The position numbers and the translations under genes are program-made. From Planctomycetia bacterium (GTDB lineage Bacteria; Planctomycetota; Planctomycetia; Gemmatales; Gemmataceae): a DNA stretch of 28,842 nt. Below, in pieces: positions 27,755-28,842 of this stretch (its first letter is position 1; each line of letters begins with the position of its first letter). The stretch is from positions 1 to 28,842 of the forward strand of contig JAYSSW010000977.1 of assembly GCA_043720335.1 (NCBI GenBank), given 5' to 3'. The notes under the pieces were generated by a model. The model saw only the letters and a list, made by a program, of their open reading frames with translations, did not search any database and was not told where the DNA came from.

Positions 27755-28352
27755 GGTCGGCCTCTTCGGGATGGATCGTTGGATCGGCGTGCTTGCGATA
27801 CGCTTCGCGGAATGCCTGCCGGGCACGGCTGAGTTTGGAGCGGATCGCGACTTCGGTGCTGTGCTCGCGGCTCGCGATCTGTGCGACCGTGTCGCCGTCG
27901 AGATAGCGCGACGTGAGCAGCAAAGCGTGGTCGGCGGAAAGTTCGGTCAGCACGGCCCGCACCTGCGTCGCCCGTTCGGCGTTCACCAGAAGATCCGCCG
28001 GCTCCACGCCATCGATGGACGCGAGCAGCTTGCCGTTGCAGGCGGCGTGGCCAACCATCAGGCGGCGGCGCTGGTCCTGGTTGCGCAGGTGCAGGGCGAC
28101 ATGGTTGTGGGCGACGCCCCAGAGCCAGGACCAGAGCGAGCCGCGTGCGGGATCGAACGAGCGGGCGGAGCGGGCGGCGGCCATCATCGTCTCCTGCACC
28201 ACGTCGGCCACGTCGGTGCTGCCGCCGCCGAGCAGGCGCGCGACGCCGCGCCAGACGCGAACGGCGTAGGCGTCGTAGAGCGACTGCCAGGCGTCGGCCC
28301 TGCCTTCGCGCAGTCCCTGCGCGATCAATCGGTCGTGGGATTCGTCCTGCAT
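27741..28352 (-). CDS. ECF (sigma-70 family) RNA polymerase sigma factor (203 aa)
   Basis: Start at MQDESHD (ATG 28352). Region 2: LYDAYAVRVWR...DVADVVQETMMAA...FDPARGSLWSWLWGVAHN. Region 4: LSADHALLLTSRYLDGDTVAQIA...AIRSKLSRARQAFR. Confidence 0.9.
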   Translation of the reverse strand: MQDESHDRLIAQGLREGRADAWQSLYDAYAVRVWRGVARLLGGGSTDVADVVQETMMAAARSARSFDPARGSLWSWLWGVAHNHVALHLRNQDQRRRLMVGHAACNGKLLASIDGVEPADLLVNAERATQVRAVLTELSADHALLLTSRYLDGDTVAQIASREHSTEVAIRSKLSRARQAFREAYRKHADPTIHPEEADHGSA

Positions 28353-28466
28353 CCAGGGTTCGCCGTGGGGACCGGAGGGCCGGAGGAGTTCCAGCAAACC
28401 TAACAACTCTTTGCGCGCCGGGCTGCAAATGGGTCGGAGAATCTTGAGATTGCACAGCGATTCATG

Positions 28467-28528
28467 AAAGCCCAGGGACGGACGTCCCTGGGTATGCAAA
28501 TCCCCAGGGACGGCTGTCCCTGGGCTTT
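28467..28528. repeat. Tandem pair of 22-bp palindromes (REP-like or operator)
   Basis: cccagggac-ggac-gtccctggg (28471-28492) and cccagggac-ggct-gtccctggg (28503-28524), 10 nt apart. Flanking aaag/cttt make the whole 62 bp an inverted repeat as well. Confidence 0.8.
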
Positions 28529-28623
28529 CCGAGGGCTTATTCCGTTGACGTTTTCGCGCGTTCGTGACATGATCGATGACATAGGTTTTTCCGCATCCCT
28601 GCCGTTTTCCCAGGAGTCGGTCG

Positions 28624-28842
28624 TTGCGATCAGTCGTTGCTATGTTTGTTGCCACTGCCTTGCTCGCACCCGTGGCCGTTCACGCACAGGCGCCTGACAG
28701 CAAGGCGATCTACCAGCAGAAATGCGCCCGCTGCCACGGCAAAACGGGCGAGGGGGCGAAGGAGCATCCGCAGCCGCTCGTGGGCAACCGGACGCTGCCG
28801 CAGTTGACGAAGTACATCGCCCGCACGATGCCGGAGGACGCG
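28624..28842 (+). CDS. Secreted c-type cytochrome domain protein, N-terminus only (likely planctomycete DUF1592-type); runs off the right edge
   Basis: Not in the ORF track. AGGAG (28612-28616) lies 7 nt before TTG 28624. Translation MRSVVAMFVATALLAPVAVHAQAPDSKAIYQQKCARCHGKTGEG...YIARTMPED has a signal peptide and a CxxCH heme motif. Confidence 0.75.
   Translation, partial: MRSVVAMFVATALLAPVAVHAQAPDSKAIYQQKCARCHGKTGEGAKEHPQPLVGNRTLPQLTKYIARTMPEDA

Noticed and set aside
18671-27832. Long plus-strand ORFs antisense to the giant gene (1089, 663 and 706 aa)
   Set aside because: They mirror the codon bias of the real minus-strand gene in high-GC DNA and show no recognisable motifs.
28353-28655. 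N-terminal extension of the ECF sigma in the 304-aa ORF call
   Set aside because: It runs through the palindromes and into the divergent gene, with no domain features; sigma similarity begins at ATG 28352.
1-28842. CRISPR array, tRNA/rRNA, transposase, integrase, reverse transcriptase
   Set aside because: No regularly spaced direct repeats, RNA-gene signatures or such protein motifs were seen. A diversity-generating retroelement explanation for the low-GC block therefore has no support inside this window.

Overview
GC-rich bacterial DNA, most likely Planctomycetota (two DUF1501 genes, a cytochrome-c/DUF1592-type gene start, and an ECF sigma factor with a giant partner); the taxon is inferred from gene content only. 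Left to right: the 5' end of a phosphoketolase; a putative type II restriction-modification pair; a three-gene peptide-ligase/transglutaminase cluster (transglutaminase, circularly permuted ATP-grasp + alpha-E, transglutaminase + DUF2126); a 193-bp nested hairpin; DUF1501; a decayed RbsBAC-like sugar ABC operon; an AT-richer patch with tiny ORFs; a second DUF1501; oxyR divergent from an exported catalase and an ankyrin gene, with a near-consensus OxyR box between them; an ECF sigma factor translationally coupled to a 3064-aa membrane-anchored FecR-VIT-vWA-TPR protein; a double palindrome; and the start of a secreted cytochrome c protein. The best candidate for an undescribed system is the ECF sigma / giant anti-sigma-FecR-VIT-vWA-TPR pair, which also carries an in-frame low-GC segment. 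Domain calls rest on motif recognition and GC values on hand counts of sampled 60-bp lines; no searches were run.
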